Below, piece by piece: positions 52,870-64,000 of a stretch of 64,000 nucleotides of DNA. The notes under the pieces were generated by a model, which did no database searches, was not told the DNA's origin, and was given only the letters and a program-made list of their open reading frames with translations. This stretch comes from Glycera tridactyla. Taxonomy: Eukaryota. The number at the start of each line of letters is the position of its first letter. Within the stretch, counting starts at the first letter, position 1. The DNA lies in contig OZ286469.1 of the NCBI GenBank assembly GCA_965644265.1, positions 46,748,001 to 46,812,000 of the forward strand, given 5' to 3'. The translations under genes were made by a program, and so were the position numbers.

Positions 52870-54048
52870 TACCTACCTATAATATACATGCCTGCCTGTC
52901 TGCCTACCCACCTACCTGCCTGCCTGCCTATCTACATACCTACCTACCTATATGCCTGCCTACCTACCCAGCTGCATACATACCTACTTATATGCCTGCC
53001 TGCTTGCCTACCANNNNNNNNNNNNNNNNNNNNNNNNNNNNNNNNNNNNNNNNNNNNNNNNNNNNNNNNNNNNNNNNNNNNNNNNNNNNNNNNNNNNNNN
53101 NNNNNNNNNNNNNNNNNNNNNNNNNNNNNNNNNNNNNNNNNNNNNNNNNNNNNNNNNNNNNNNNNNNNNNNNNNNNNNNNNNNNNNNNNNNNNNNNNNNN
53201 NNNNNNNNNNNNNNNNNNNNNNNNNNNNNNNNNNNNNNNNNNNNNNNNNNNNNNNNNNNNNNNNNNNNNNNNNNNNNNNNNACCTACCCACCCGCCTACA
53301 TGCTTGCCTGCCTACCTACCAACCTACCTGCCTACCTACCTGCCTACCTACCTGCCTACCAACCTGCCCACCTACTANNNNNNNNNNNNNNNNNNNNNNN
53401 NNNNNNNNNNNNNNNNNNNNNNNNNNNNNNNNNNNNNNNNNNNNNNNNNNNNNNNNNNNNNNNNNNNNNNNNNNNNNNNNNNNNNNNNNNNNNNNNNNNN
53501 NNNNNNNNNNNNNNCATCCATCTGCCTACCCATCGATCCATCCATCCACCCATTCATCCCTCCCTCCCTCCCTCCCTCCCTCCCTCCCTCCCTCGCTCCT
53601 TCCATCCATCCATCCATTCATCCATCCGACCATNNNNNNNNNNNNNNNNNNNNNNNNNNNNNNNNNNNNNNNNNNNNNNNNNNNNNNNNNNNNNNNNNNN
53701 NNNNNNNNNNNNNNNNNNNNNNNNNNNNNNNNNNNNNNNNNNNNNNNNNNNNNNNNNNNNNNNNNNNNNNNNNNNNNNNNNNNNNNNNNNNNNNNTCCAT
53801 CTGCCTACCCATCGATCCATCCATCCCTCCATCCATCCCTCCCTCCGTCCCTCCCTCCTTCCCTCGCACCCTCCATCCACCCATCCATCCATCCATCCAT
53901 CCCTCGACCCTCCATTCCATCTATCCCTCCATCCAACCACCAATCAATCAATCAACCCATCCATCCATCCATCCATCCTTCCATTCATCCACCCATCCAT
54001 CCATCCACCCATCAATCAATCAATCAACCAACCCATCCATCCATCATC
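52870..54048. repeat. (CCTA)n/(CCAT)n microsatellite tract, partly N-masked
   Basis: Direct inspection. Confidence 0.9.
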
Positions 54049-54870
54049 ATGGTTGTCGAGATTCATGACTGCCCCGTAATCCCAATAGCTGGGTGTTCTG
54101 AGACCACAACATGTTGAGTAAAGAACTTGCGTTATGCATCCCCATCAGACCTTTTTCCCACAAGATGTCCAATGTCTTGTCATCAATTGGAGAAGCACGG
54201 TTGGGTTTGTTTCCTAGCCCTTTGCTCTTCAACTGCTTTCTTTTGGCAGCAAGAACATCTCTGCTGGTGTTGAATTGAATGTCTTTTACAATGCAATAAG
54301 GATAGTTAACACTGCGCAAGTACCGAGAGATTGACCTGTGAAACGACGTAAGTGAGCCCGGTTCGTAATCGTTTCCCTCCGGCTTCTTCAGAGAGAGCAG
54401 CCACTCACCTATGAAGGTGTCTAACTGGTCAGGCTCAAGAAATTTGATATCACAAGTAACACTGTGTGTGGAAGCCAACCACGTACGGAACTTAAATATA
54501 CAAGAGTCTGTCTTTCGTTTTGCGCTCGGATTGGCTCGTGCAGAGTGAAACCTGGGGATGACCGCCTACGTCCGTACCAGCATCGCCGGATGGCCCTGGG
54601 AGATGATCACCTTCCGGCGGGGCAATGTTACTCCTCGCGGTCTCGATATTCCCGTGCTCGCCTTCCGCCTGGAGCCCCGACAGTCCTGGGAGAGGTTCAT
54701 CTTGCAGCGGGGCAGGACTACTCCTTGCGGTCTGCATATCCCCGTGCTCGTCTTCCGCCTGGTGTTCTGACGCTCTCGGTATCCTCTTCCCTGGTCTCAT
54801 TCACGGCACCCTGCTCACGGACAACGATGAAGTCTGTACCATCGAAACTCAGAACTACATCTTCGCCTGC
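54047..54870 (-). mobile_element. Decayed Crypton-like tyrosine recombinase (DUF3504-type) fragment
   Basis: LDTFIGEWLLSLKKPEGNDYEPGSLTSFHRSISRYL...FNTSRDVLAAKRKQLKSKGLGNKPNRA..I..LWEKG...LLGLRG.HE matches the Crypton/ZMYM/QRICH1/KCTD1 DUF3504 pattern; frameshift near 54510; truncated at the microsatellite. Confidence 0.8.
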
Positions 54871-55935
54871 TATACACACAGTTTATTCAGGTATTTAATG
54901 ACAGATTCGCTGTTTGTTATGTCATATTAATCGAGGACAACGTAGTCAAATAATCGAGAAATTGAAGGCAAGAAGCAGGCGACATATGACGCAAGCTACA
55001 GAAGTTTTATTGTAAATCGAAAATCGATTGAAATATGATGAAAAAAAATCACTGAAGCTTCACTTACCTGTTTCATCTACTTTGCCGTCGACAAGTAAGC
55101 CAAACACCGAAGAATCAAGCGTTATATCGAATTGGGAATTCATATTTGAGTTGGCCTATGCAGACGACAACAGAAATGACCTAATTCCGTGACCTGACCT
55201 AGTTCCGAGGTCAGCCAAGCCGAGCATAAATTATGGGATGGCGTAACTCATTTGCATACGGTTCGGCAATGTTCGGCAACATTCGGAGCCGGGACTACTT
55301 TCTCGATCTCGAATGACTGGAGCACGTGAGGTTACGTGACGCACAATATAACCACGAAAATTATGAGATCGATTCATACATGCATGCTGCGCAGCGATTA
55401 CATACACGATACAAGCGGCATCGTATGATAATGGTTCAGTTGGACTGGGAAAGTGTGCTAGTGAGTGATGGGGTGAGCTTGTACAGGAGCGAGTGGGGCG
55501 AGCTCACACTAGGGTGAGTTGACCGGTAATCGCCGGGGTTTCCAGACAGGTGGCGGTCAGTTGGCGAGTTGGTCAGTTGTCCTGATACCGGGCTACGAGA
55601 GGAGTGCACTGATAACGGCATGCATGTCAGAGGCGTGACGTTCTGTGGGGAGTTGGACCGTGTGTATAACTTTGTGGTATTGATGCATACGTGCGACTGG
55701 CACCAGACGATGGTTGTCTTGTTTATGTCAGACTGACAGTTGACAGCCAAGTCGGTGCTGTTGTTGTGTTCTGCTCTTTGCCAAGAAAACGATCATATTG
55801 ACTGACAACTCTTTACTTGTGACCAGGAGTAATCGCCCTATTTTTACGAACACTTTGAGAAGACTGTTACCCCCAATAATCAAAATATGGACATGGATAA
55901 AGGTGAGATTGCCGGTGCTGAATGTTTCTATGATA

Positions 55936-56736
55936 ATCAGGTTAGGGCCTGGCCTGTTATTCCAGTACGTACTGAAATCACAGGGCGTACTGGAATCACA
56001 GGATGGTGGGTGTACTGTAATCACAGGGCGTACTGGGATTTCAGTACACCCTGCAGGGATGAGTGAGTTTTGAGTAAATAACCAAGTGTGTTCAGATTTT
56101 TCCTTACTGTTCTCTGGAACTGTGATTTTCATTGCCTGTAAAGTACTGCCATGAAAATACTGTATTTTCTGATTCAGGGAATAACAATATTGTAGCAATT
56201 GTGTGAGTTTGAGCAGAATTGTATACCATTGAAAATAGGCAAATGTGTGTTATCCATGATCTCTGATGTCAAAATCAGCTTGCCATTGGAAAACCACTCG
56301 GTGGATTTTTCTCAACTTGCACTCAAATTGAAGAGTGAACTTCTGCCTCCAAAATAAACATGAATTTACAGTGAGCTCATCATTCAAAAATTTGTCAGGA
56401 TACAAAAATCTGTCAAGGTTTTATGATTTTTCATCTTTGTCTCCAACTCCCAACTGCATATTTCACCTCCAAATTACCCGATTTTGATAAAAGTGGGCTC
56501 TTCTAAATCAGTAAATAATCAGTTTTCAAGCCAATATCTTTCAGCAAGTGGGATTTTGGAATAAATAGTGATTTTGAGGAAAAGTGTGGACCTATTCATG
56601 GTTGACTGATAGCCTTAGCTCAGTGTCCTGGGATCCCAGGACGTACTGTAATCACAGTACACCTGGTGTACTGTGATTCCAGTACGCCCTGTGATTCCAG
56701 TACGTACTGGAATAACAGGCCAGGCCCTAACCTGAT
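55936..56736. mobile_element. About 800-bp MITE with about 60-bp TIRs
   Basis: AGGTTAGGGCCTGGCCTGTTATTCCAGTACGTACTG... and the reverse complement at 56670-56733; flanking GATAATC duplication. Confidence 0.8.
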
Positions 56737-56901
56737 AATCTGTCTGGCTCATTGTCAGTTCATCTGTTTATCTTCCATTGAGACTTGAGTTGACTGACCA
56801 AGTCACTTATCTCAACTCTCAATGGAAAGTGTTTACTTGATCATTAGATGATTGTGACCGTGACTCGAAAGTAAACATATCTTTGATCATAGTGTAGTTC
56901 T

Positions 56902-57902
56902 CTAATATGATGATGGCTTCGCCATGAAGCGAGCGCAGCAGTTATATTTTTCCTTGCTGAAAGGTCCCTCCTCGGGAATCTAGCATCGGCCGCCGGAGGT
57001 ACGATAGGGTATTTCCGCCGATGTTTGGCAATGTCCGGTAATTTATTATCCACATTGAATTTGAATCTATTTATTCAAGATGGCGGTTGTTTTGGGTCGA
57101 TTGCCAACCTGGCGGTAGTTTCCCGAACTAGCGGGAACACTCGCAGATGACGCATTGCTGTTCACTGATTCAATGATTCATTGTGAAATAGATATTTATC
57201 TGGCCAAATATCGGATAAAAGACGAAACGTTCTTTACTTTCGTGGTCGTATTCGAAGTGAATAATGTTTCTCCTTCTAAAGGCCCAGTAATCTCTACAAG
57301 GTTCGCATCTTGCTGAATTTCAATGTCGGGTGTAGGCACGGGGTAATGCATGAGCCGCCATGTTGACGGACCTTTTTCGTAGGACCCGAGGCCGCCAAAG
57401 GCGGCCGGAGACGCCCAAAGGGGCGTCGACGGCCGCCGAAGGCGTCCTCGTGTCCGTAGTACTATATTCACTTCATGACTGCGGGACTATCATTTACGAC
57501 GCCATCTTTGAACGCACCCGACACGAGGGAGAGTCCTCATTGGCCATAATAGTTGCAATTTCTTACAAATGACCTACAAGTAAGTGAATCATGCGAAATT
57601 CTCATGAAAACATCGCGAGGAATATACACAACACTAACTAAACGCGCAATCGAATGACGGCTGTCATTTTGAATGAATTACCGGCGGTGCAGAAGCGCCA
57701 CCTCGTGTCGTGGTCGGGAACTAGGCTCGGGCGAAAATTGGCGAGCATCGGCGAGAATACACGAAGATTCGGGTTCCACGAATTTTTCCTTGTGGCTTGC
57801 CGCAGTTCTTGTTCGAGACCCCACCCATCCGTCCACATTGAATTTGAATCTATTGTTTTCGTTCTCACGCACGTGTTAACGTTGAGCTTGCTGTGCTCGC
57901 TA
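56902..57902 (-). mobile_element. Second Helentron-like element, related to 36520-39366 but without the satellite
   Basis: CTAATATGATGATGGCTTCGCCATG..GCGAGCGCAGC (56902-56939) matches the reverse complement of 39328-39366; GCTGTGCTCGC at 57890-57900; shared GTCCCTCC..GGAATC and TTTATTCAAGATGGCGG blocks. Confidence 0.55.
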
Positions 57903-58039
57903 CCAGCTGCCTTGTAGTGACTTGTGCCCATTCACAACTCATATAGATCTACAGGACCTAAATAAGTTCAATTCAATTCAATTCAAAATAAGGAGTCTGT
58001 CAAACTCAAGATTTGAATATGTGTCAAATCCTCTAGCTA

Positions 58040-58184
58040 AGTGTCACCAAAAAGGGTCTCTCAAAAGAGATGGTCTCTCGTCAGAGGTATATTTAACATA
58101 GTCGAATAAGAACGCCGCCCTGGAAAGGTGGTCTCCCCATGAAGGTGGTCTCTCATCAGGGGGTCTCTCGTTGCAGGTTTCACT
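58040..58184. mobile_element. Partial Tigger/pogo-like MITE
   Basis: Right end CAGGTTTCACTG|TA; body homologous to the 33282 and 33558 copies. Confidence 0.7.
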
Positions 58185-58587
58185 GTACTTTTCTTGCTTT
58201 TGAATAGGATGTGCCATACCAGCATGAAATCAATATATTTGGCATGCTTGAGTGAAATATACAAATAAACTTCCTCTAGTCGCCAGAGATGTAGTCCCAG
58301 ACTTTTCATGAGTACATGAGATATTTGAGAGGAACTATAGTCTGAATCAAACAAATACACACAGCAATCATTTCCTTTCAGCCAATTTGGCTGAATAGTT
58401 GTTTTTTCAGCCAGTTTGGCTAAACAATTGTCAATTTCTTTAGCCAGATGGAAATAGTTTACTGGCTAATGACTAGAGCTATCATATATATGTATATGAA
58501 TTCTTTGAGCAGTCTTGATCATGGACAATGCATCAAGGTGTTTATTTCAACCCCATGTTTATGACTGACAGGAAAATAATATATGTA

Positions 58588-58920
58588 CAGTCGAACCTGC
58601 TCTAAAGGCCACCTCTTTATGAAGACCACCTCTCTATAAAGATCACCTGAGCTGCGACCGTGGTAGTATTTTCAACAGTAAGGACCACCTGCCCATAAAG
58701 ATCGCTTTTTGATGAGACCGAAGGCGGTCTTTATAGACAGGTTCGACTGTACAGTCGAAACATGCTCTAAAGACCACCTCTCTATAAAGACCACCTCCCT
58801 ATAAAGGCCACCCTGAGCTGTGACCATGGTAGTATTTTCAACAGTAAATGACCTCTATAAAGACCACCTCCCTATAAAGGCCACTTTTTAATGCAATTGA
58901 AGGCGGTCTTTATAGAGAGG
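58588..58920. mobile_element. Tandem dimer of Tigger/pogo-like MITEs sharing one TA
   Basis: TA|CAGTCGAACC...GGTTCGACTG|TA|CAGTCGAAAC...; second copy lacks a clean right TIR. Confidence 0.8.
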
Positions 58921-59811
58921 CCCAGGTTGATATGCTGATGTTGAGTGTGTTCACTTTCAGTGAGTAAATATCAACATTCGGATGCTTTTGGGCATCAATG
59001 TAACATCAGAACCCCCCCCCCCCCCTCAACTCTGAATGTATCCCATCTGGTAGACAGAATCTATACCCCTGACCAAATCTAACGATCTATCTAACGATGC
59101 TCCCCTCACAAGGTCATAGAGTAATCACCTTAGGCAAGGTCACCCAATGTAATGAGGCACTCAATGAGGGTGCTTGTCTTTGGGTAGCAGAACATCCTAG
59201 AACCAGGTTCATTGGTCACATTCCAGCTAGTTCCTCACACATCAAGGGAATTCCCAAGACCAGAAACATTTGATGAGTTACCATTGACCAATTAATACTA
59301 CATGTACCTCCAGTGGGTACCTGCCTGCCAGTAAACTTTATCCACTGTGTTTCATCACTGACTGAAAATTGTTGCTACCTTCATGCACATCTCACCCATA
59401 ACTACTTCCTCTCAGGTAACTGACAACTGACATCATAAACCTGCATGACAACAAGCAGAAGTGAAACTGATCATTAGATTTCAAATCCAGATCCCCTCAA
59501 ATTCTCAGCCAGGTTGGCAGCTCACAATTTCCCCAAACTCACGTAGCTCATGGCATAAGGTTGACCTCGTGACGTCTGTGTTCATGTCATACTTTGGGTT
59601 GTGCAAAATGCGGAGCTAACATAGCAAACTCCAACCACCGTAAGAATCTGAGTGTTTCCTATAAAAGGTGAGGAATTCTGAAGGAGGTAGATTATTTTAA
59701 GAAATCTTTTCCAGGCCTTGAAATAGTGTGAAAAATATATGCCAGATATCAAGAAAAACTATTCAGTTGAACCTGTCTATGAAGATCTAGTTTATGATAT
59801 ATGTGGAAATA

Positions 59812-59971
59812 CAGTGAAACCTCTTTTGAGAGACCACTCTTTTGATAGACTGCTTCTCATCGGTTCATTTCTATTCCGCATAGTCAAATATGCCTTCAAT
59901 GAGAAACCAACTCTCTTGAGAGACCACTTATGGTTGGCATCCGGGGCAGTCTCCCAAGAGAGGTTACACTG
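59812..59971. mobile_element. Tigger/pogo-like MITE
   Basis: TA|CAGTGAAACCTC...GAGGTTACACTG|TA. Confidence 0.8.
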
Positions 59972-60273
59972 TACATGGAAACTCAAGTGTAGTTATATAT
60001 CTAAGACCATTCATTCTTGCATTATTCTCCATATTTTTGGGCCACTGTATGGTAATTATATGAATGAGTCTTGAATCTCAGTCAAGTGATAACTCAATTG
60101 CTACAAACATTTAACTGACTATTGAACTAAACGCTATTGAAATGTCATGTTATCAAGAGTTCCATAGTCATTAGGATCACATGTACACACATTGTGATGG
60201 TGATCAATTATTCTGATGTGGGATGATGTTCCATGAGATCACTTATTATATAATGAAGAAGTGCCAGTGTAAG

Positions 60274-60880
60274 CAGGGATAGCCCGACTCAGAAATCTTA
60301 CGTGCCCAATGGGCACACTCATGATGATTTTATGTGCCCTTTTCCAAATTGTATGTGCCCAATGTTTGCCTTATTTCTGTCAATGATAAGAATACTTTCA
60401 TCTTTCTGAAACCTTTCAATCATCCGTTGTCTTTTGAGAATTCATTTTGATGGAAAATGTTTTTCATTAGAATACATTAAGGAGAAGTTTGAATGAAATG
60501 TTTCTGAGAATGTACTCTCCTCGATAGATTTTGCATTGCTATACCCCAGGGATAGCGTGTGGAGCCTGATTTGGCATGTTACAAATTTTGTCAGAGTGGA
60601 CCATCTATGCTACCACCATTGCAGCTCAGGGTGGCCTTTATAGAGAAGTGGTTCTTATAGAGAGATGGTTTTTAAAGCAGGTTTGACTCATATGAGTCAC
60701 AGAGTGACTACATCCAACCCATACAGGTGTCATGAAAGTCAGGTTCTGGGTTATATTCATCCTATGGAAGAAAAAATATAACACCAGACTCAGTGAAAAG
60801 ACAGCATTTCAGATCATTAATAATACTTAATGAATCACTATGCGGGAATTCTGCAAGGGCGCACAGTCGGGCTATCCCTG
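60274..60880. mobile_element. 607-bp MITE with CAGGGATAGCCCGACT TIRs
   Basis: Perfect 16-bp TIR; TGTAAG immediately flanks both ends. Confidence 0.8.
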
Positions 60881-61173
60881 TGTAAGATGCTCCCAGAATC
60901 TCATGTCTCGAAAAATGTGGCTTGTTCATCCTCTATGACAATTTCGAAGAAATTGCGAAAGATGTGAAATGCCAGCTTATCAAATGAATTACCCTGTATC
61001 GTTTGAATGATGAATTTTTTTTCGGGTGTTGAATGTAAAATGGCAATAAATGACTCCAATATGTGTTTGCATGGGCCTATATTGGGTGGGACCCATTGAG
61101 TTGGGCTTGGGACCCATTGAGTTGGGGTGGGACCCATTGATTTGCTGAAGCTTGGGTCCCGGGACCCATATAC

Positions 61174-62128
61174 CAGGTCGCGGAAAACCCCCGAATTGGC
61201 CAACGTTTGTCAATTGAGCGGCGTTGGCCAATAGACCAACGCCTGCCAATTAACGGACGCTTGAGGAAGCACCGATTCTCGCCATTATAAGCCAACTTTC
61301 ATAACAAATCCCACACTACCAGATAGAACATGTAATAATCTTCTAACAAGAGAAGTTTGGTGGCTATCGGTCACGTTTCTGAGCGCTGGCGACGAATTTT
61401 CCGAGTGACCACGATCCCGAATATCAACCTTCCCCCAGTAATTCCTCTGCGCGCAAAATTGAGAGAGCCGCCGCAAAAAGATTTTTCTTATGTATTAAGA
61501 AAACAAAATTCCCCATCGATTGTATGAATTACATTTCAAATCCTATGTATTACTTTTTTTATTTCGTGGCCGAAAGTCGGCGGATTCGGATGTAAACAAT
61601 GGCCGCCATCTTGGTTTTTCTCTCGCCGACTTCCCAACTTTGATGCTGGATATTTCAGCAACCGCATGATATAGAGCAAAAGCGAAAATGGGAGCATGAA
61701 GAACAAGAGTGAGAAATATCCCCATCGATGTTTCATGATTTTTCAAGCTATTGATCCCCTCCAAAAATGGGTGCAAAGTTACGATTTTACGGCAAACTTT
61801 CGCCATTGAGAATCACCCGCTCCCGCCTTCCCGAGTTGCTGACACCTGGCGGCGATCGCCCGGAGATGGATTCTCCCTCAGAACGCCGCCATTTGCCGTC
61901 TTTTGTATCTAAAAGTCAATGAGAACGATCGTTCTTCAACTGAAGATGATGTTTGTGGGTGGAAGTTGGGAGTATTCATCAGTATAAGGCCGCGATTTGT
62001 GAATATTCGCGATATTAATGAAATCTATTTTTAGCGCGATCACGTGATCAGGGTATTTCCCGTCTGTCAATTGGCCAACGCCGCTCATTTGGCCAACGTT
62101 GGCCAATTCGGGGGTTTTCCGCGACCTG
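61174..62128. mobile_element. 955-bp MITE with about 63-bp TIRs (CAGGTCGCGGAAAACCCCCGAATTGGCCAACG...), Tc1/mariner-like
   Basis: First 34 bp of the TIRs are identical; TA on the right, TA(C) on the left. Confidence 0.82.
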
Positions 62129-63053
62129 TATACTCCAATTTGTAACAAAATCACTGAAGTCCACGGGGAAATCACCTACTTTCACCTTGAGTCATCGCAG
62201 TAAAAGATGGAGATACAAGGAATATTAGCCAAATGCAGGTCGAATGAGGAGCAGCATCTGTATAATGACTTGTCCATCAAGAGTTTCACTGCTTACAACC
62301 ATGTGGGCTGTGGAATATAAGCCATTGCTCAATCTTCATTATAGCAGTGAAAGTCATTCCAAAAAATAATTCACTGGTACAGAAGTTAACAGAATACTTG
62401 GGAATTTAATGCATAAATTTGGTGCTGGATGTAGAATGTGTGATATAGAATGCACAAATAGCTGAACGCCCAGTTTTTATGGCTGCAGACAACACAGATT
62501 TGGTTGGAAAATTAGGTAATATTTTTGCAGACAAAACAGAAATTACTCCATAATAATAACATGGAATCCACAGAATCTTGATCTAAAAAGTGGCACAAAG
62601 CATGGAATTTGCAGAATTCAGATGAATTCCCAAGGTATCTGGTGTATTTGGCAGAATTTTGAAGGTTTTTGTGATGATATGTAGGTAAATGCTGAAATTC
62701 AGTGTTTTGCAGCGAGTGGCAAAAATAAACACGGAGTTGGCTATTTTTAAACACAGATTTGTCCAGGCCCTGCCAGTGCAAGAAAAATAATGCAGACGAC
62801 AGTTTCGAGGTGGAATCAATTAGGCAAGGATTAATTGTCTGGTGTTTGATTACCAAATTTGATGCCCTGGAGAGCTATTGGTATTGTTTGTCATAAAACT
62901 GTATTGGCCAAGGGGATTAAAGGATGTCCTACTGGACACCCTGTTAATTTAAGAGGTTGTCCAGTATCACAATGGGCTGTCCAAACGAAGCATAGCTGGA
63001 TAAGACCCTAATTTTGGTGATATAGGTATCAATAAGTACCATTAAGATGAGTA

Positions 63054-63229
63054 CAGTCAAACCTCCTCTAAAGACCACCTCTCTAGAGACCACCTCCCTA
63101 TAAAGACCACCCTGAGCTGTGACCGTGGCAGTATTTTCAACAGTAAATGACCTCTCTATAAAGACCACCTCCCTATAAAGACCCCTTTCTTACGCGACCG
63201 AAGGTGGTCTTTATAGAGAGGTTCGACTG
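63054..63229. mobile_element. Tigger/pogo-like MITE
   Basis: TA|CAGTCAAACCTC...GAGGTTCGACTG|TA. Confidence 0.85.
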
Positions 63230-63289
63230 TATTCATTTTCAATGCAGCTTTTCTGTCATCAGTTATATAAAGTATCAAGCATTGATCAT

Positions 63290-63480
63290 CACTAGCACCA
63301 CCTCCACCTCCACCAGATCAGCAGCATCACCACCAACAGCACCGCCAGCAACCTGCACCACCCCACCAAGCAGCTGCAGCAGCACCAAAACCATCAGCTA
63401 CACCACCACTACGAACAGCTGCAGCAGCACTGAAACCACCACCAACCTGCAGCACCACCACCACAAGCAGTTTTTGCACC
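63290..63480. repeat. (CCA/GCA)-rich low-complexity tract
   Basis: Direct inspection. Confidence 0.8.
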
Positions 63481-64000
63481 ACCTAAACCACCACCTACCT
63501 GCACTGCAACCAGCAGCACTAGGGTGTTTCATTAGAACCGAATTTTGGAATTCAAACTTCCAACTCAAACCAGAGTTGTTCCTTGGCCTAAATAGCATTC
63601 TGAATTTTTTTCAATTTTTTTCGACCTTGGGATCCTTCCCCCCCCCCCCCCCGTGACCTTGAAGGTCACTCTTATATGAAAATAATATTTTTGGGATAGA
63701 GAGTCGATATTAGGCTCAACTGAAAGCTATTGAAGAGTAGATCAAACTTACAAATACAACTATGGTGCTAAAATGGATGGTTTGGAATCTATTGACATAT
63801 TACTGGTAAAGGATACCCATCCGTTGTGAGTCTCTGGAATCATTGTCCATCAACTTTAATTGAGATGCTTGAATTATAAATCATTCATACGATGATCATT
63901 TCTCCATGCTAACTTTGTTTAATATTGTATTCTTTTTAATTGTTATTCCAGACTGAAATAAAGAATCATTCAACATGGATAAAGAGCGTGGAAAAAAAAG

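Noticed and set aside
52040-54117. ORFs of up to 648 aa
   Set aside because: They consist of N-runs and (CCTA)/(CCAT) microsatellite.
63204-63656. Thr/Ser/Pro-rich ORF
   Set aside because: Low-complexity (CCA/GCA) tract between transposon pieces, starting in a MITE on a non-ATG codon.

Overview
Repeat-rich eukaryotic (invertebrate animal-like, about 40% GC) genomic DNA. There is no sign of prokaryotic gene organisation, a CRISPR array, rRNA genes or intact tRNA genes. The one host gene I can reconstruct fully is MAK16 (60S ribosome biogenesis factor) on the minus strand: 9 coding exons from 40036 to 28626, all GT-AG, phases consistent, 957 nt = 318 aa + stop. Most of the rest is transposon-derived. 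Retroelements: a young 5'-truncated CR1-like LINE with intact RT and an 11-bp TSD, several decayed LINEs (CR1/L2/RTE-like), a Gypsy RNaseH-integrase plus 3' LTR fragment, and tRNA-type SINE families with a strong orientation bias. DNA elements: a decayed Crypton-like (DUF3504) tyrosine recombinase, many TA-inserting Tigger/pogo-like MITEs, hAT-like MITEs and Helentron-like (HINE/DINE-type) elements. Two satellite arrays show higher-order structure. Many N-runs sit inside microsatellites and look like hard-masked low-complexity sequence. All family assignments come from recognising motifs by eye; no database search was run.
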